Assembly (NCBI RefSeq): GCF_001194135.2 | Contig: NC_068981.1 | Coordinates: 18,944,132-19,007,484, forward strand | Length of the DNA stretch: 63,353 nt | Direction of reading: 5' to 3' | Origin: Octopus bimaculoides | Taxonomy: Eukaryota | Part shown: positions 60,568 through 63,353 of the stretch, one piece after another | Position numbering within the stretch: the stretch's first letter is position 1 | Layout of the letters: the number at the start of each line of letters is the position of its first letter | The notes under the pieces: generated by a model | The model's database searches: none | What the model was told of the DNA's origin: nothing | What the model saw: the letters and a program-made list of their open reading frames with translations, nothing else | Made by a program: the position numbers and the translations under genes

Positions 60568-60810
60568 CATAAACACATGATTTTTTTAAGAGTTAAGAGA
60601 AATACTTCACTATGGCTAGTAGCATGCATATAAGCTAAATAGACAAACGAAGATACACTGATTTATTAAAACTAGGACGTGTCACAATTAACATGCGGCA
60701 ATTGAGACCAGTTCCATATGAGAATAGGATTTATGTATATATATATATAATTATATCAAACCAGTTTGATTCAAATTCGTTGGTACTCTTGTGTTTCAAG
60801 CATGATACTA

Positions 60811-61004
60811 GTCGTCAGCCATTTTGAATTTGAATGACAGAAGTTGCTTGCTATTACCGTAAGGTGAGCTGCGATTGGTCGAGGAAGGTCACGCGGTGCC
60901 GTGGTTTGATGTTGGTATATGGGTAACAGTTAGTTGGAAAATACGGCACGATGAACAGGAAATTGACATCGTGGGGGTCATTCAAACTGAAAATGGCTGA
61001 CGAC
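60811..61004. mobile_element. 194-bp MITE with 28-bp TIRs
   Basis: GTCGTCAGCCATTTTGAATTTGAATGAC (60811-60838) versus the reverse complement of 60977-61004, two mismatches. Confidence 0.8.
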
Positions 61005-61037
61005 ATAAATATACATACATATCTATGTATACATATA

Positions 61038-61066
61038 TACAGGGTGGTCAGAAGTCACCTGACAGT
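61038..61066 (+). mobile_element. Solo Tc1/mariner-type terminus
   Basis: TA-CAGGGTGGTCAGAAGTCACCTGACAGT. A different solo end lies at ~58121-58139 (GGGTCATTTTGAACACCCTG). Confidence 0.45.
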
Positions 61067-62084
61067 AAATCAAAACTCCATAAATACTATATATAATTCT
61101 GTATTGACTCGAATGGAGACGTACAAAAAAAAGAAAACAAAAAAAAAATGAAACGAAGAAACAAAAGCGATGACGGGATATATAAAATATCCCAGAAGCA
61201 GCTGTAAGACCTTCTATTTATAAATGTTCTAAAATCTTTCACAGCCTTGGTTTTTTATCTCATTCTGAAACAAATATTTTTTATATATACACATACTGAT
61301 ATATGACCTACGTTGGACTCCTCATTCGCATAATCACCGAACCTGGAGCTTAACTATAGTCTGTACATAGCACTTACTCGGCATTACCTGACACCTTTGG
61401 GTCTTATTGACATGATTACCTCTCATAACCTCTCTATATACATATACATACCTATATATTTCAAAAGTTAGACAGAGAAGGGAAAAATAGACGAAACTTG
61501 GGCGAAAACATAACGGACAGAAAAGGGAGATAAAACCCTGATACAAGGCACGTTCATAGCTGACTTTCTCATCAGTTGGTTTCCGAGACGCCTTTCTGGT
61601 TTCACGCTATTCAAAACCAAGGCCACTGTTGTCAATGGCAGCGCCACAGCATAGAGCTACACGAAAAGGTTGACAAATGTGTACGAGGACAAGACAAAAT
61701 AACATTGCGTGTACAATAAGAAATATTGACAAGATATAACAGACAAGGAATGAGACAGATAGATATATAGATAGATAGATGCATACATATACATTATACA
61801 TAACATATTATATATATAAACACAGTATACATTTTTTATGAGCTACTGATAGTTTCATGCGATGAAAATAACTCACACACCATTTTATAACACGTCTGGT
61901 GCATTCACGCAATCCTCAGATTGAGTGACGAGTTATAAAATGGTGTGTCTTAGTCGTTTTTATTGTATGAAGTTATAAGTCACTCGTAAAAAAAATATAT
62001 ATACTGTGTCTATTAAATAATATTCAGCTCTAACACGATGGTATATTTTTTTGGTTGATCTTACTATTACAGAACAGAACAGTG

Positions 62085-62123
<39 letters not shown>

Positions 62124-62452
62124 AATCATCATCATCACAACTTAACAACCGTGGGGATGATGATGAACTGTTCCATGATGGTGAGATCATATACACATAT
62201 ACATTTATATATGTATACATATGTACACACACATATATATAGATATATGTATACATTATATGTATATATACTCATATACATACATACATACATATATATG
62301 TGTATGTGTGTGTGTGAGTGTGTGTGTAACTGAATGTTTGGGGTACAAGACGTGTATAATCAATTTCATTACATTATGGCCGTTTCTGCTATAAGCGTTT
62401 AAATACTTTAAATACTTTCTGATATAAACTACATTTCATTTTACTTGCACAG

Positions 62453-62524
62453 AGGAAGATATATACTGTTGCATGAGCATTCATCTCTAAGTGTGCTACT
62501 TCCAATAGCAGAAACAGCTGTAAG
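62453..62524 (+). other. Candidate 72-nt host exon (unverified)
   Basis: TTTCATTTTACTTGCACAG| acceptor and AAG|GTAATG donor; one open frame GRYILLHEHSSLSVLLPIAETAV. No homology recognised. Confidence 0.25.
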
Positions 62525-62642
62525 GTAATGAAAGATTACATAATTCTAGCCGAATGCTTTACTTTAAATTACATGTAACTTGAGTTTTAGCAACTGACTA
62601 TTTAGTATTGCTATACCAAAGCAAAATCACAATATATATACA

Positions 62643-62787
62643 TACTCTTTTACTTGTTTCAGTCATTTGACTGTGGCCATGCTGGAGCACCGCCTTTAGT
62701 CGAGCAAATCGACTAGTACTTATTCTATCGAACCGCTAGATTACGGGGATCTAAACACAAACACACAAAAATATATACACACACACA

Positions 62788-62824
<37 letters not shown>

Positions 62825-62983
62825 CTTTCAGTTTCTTTCAGTTTCCATCTATCAAATCCATTCAAAAGGCTTTGGTCGGTCCAAGGCTATAGTGGAAGAC
62901 ACTTGCCCAATGTTCCACACAGTAGGACTGAACCCGGAACTATGTCGTTGGTAAGCAAGGTACTTACCACACAGCCACTCCAG
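62643..62983 (-). mobile_element. SINE B with internal deletions
   Basis: Reverse complement matches both head and tail of 58203-58603. Confidence 0.9.
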
Positions 62984-63353
62984 CGCTAATATGAAATTGA
63001 CTTATCTTGAATCTATACGTGCAAATATTTGTATGTAGACGTGGGAACCTGCTTTGTATGGCATGTACTATTATGTGGATTTATATTTCCCGTGTATTGT
63101 GCTGATGAAGGAAGAAAACCTATCTATGGCTTTAATCCATGAACTGGAGCCATTTCACAATTAACATGATGTATTTTCTATATTCTTTCACTAGCCCGCT
63201 TTCAGCAATGTGTATATTTATATAAAGTTTTTGGAAGTTATTTTTTGAAGGTATCAGCACTTCAAGCACGCTGGAGTAAGGTCGTTTTCGCCCTTGGTCC
63301 CTTAATATAGTTATTAAGATATATACATTATTATTAATTTACATATATGTATA

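Overview
Gene-poor, AT-rich, gap-ridden eukaryotic scaffold window. It has 16 N-gaps, most flanked by microsatellites. The SINE families, the (TATC)/(CA)/(ATT) microsatellite load and the transposon mix resemble an Octopus genome; this is an inference from recognised repeat families, not a database result. I find no convincing host protein-coding gene, only two weak candidate + strand exons. Almost all ORF-track entries are artefacts of gaps, microsatellites or decayed transposons. Recognisable elements: a deleted Helitron; Tc1/mariner fragments and MITEs; a MULE-like element with telomeric repeats; two decayed Gypsy LTR elements; several LINE clades (RTE, CR1/Jockey group, REL-type R4/Dong-like); a near full-length Penelope-like element (PLE) hosting nested insertions, plus other PLE remnants; and three tRNA-derived SINE families, several copies with target-site duplications (TSDs). 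The best finding is an intact type-I hammerhead ribozyme core on the minus strand (35918-36003) with a palindromic stem III. Other notable structures are a 174-bp zero-loop palindrome, a long-TIR foldback carrying a mariner 5' half, a SINE dimer that moved as one unit, and a Gag coiled-coil built from a 21-bp minisatellite.
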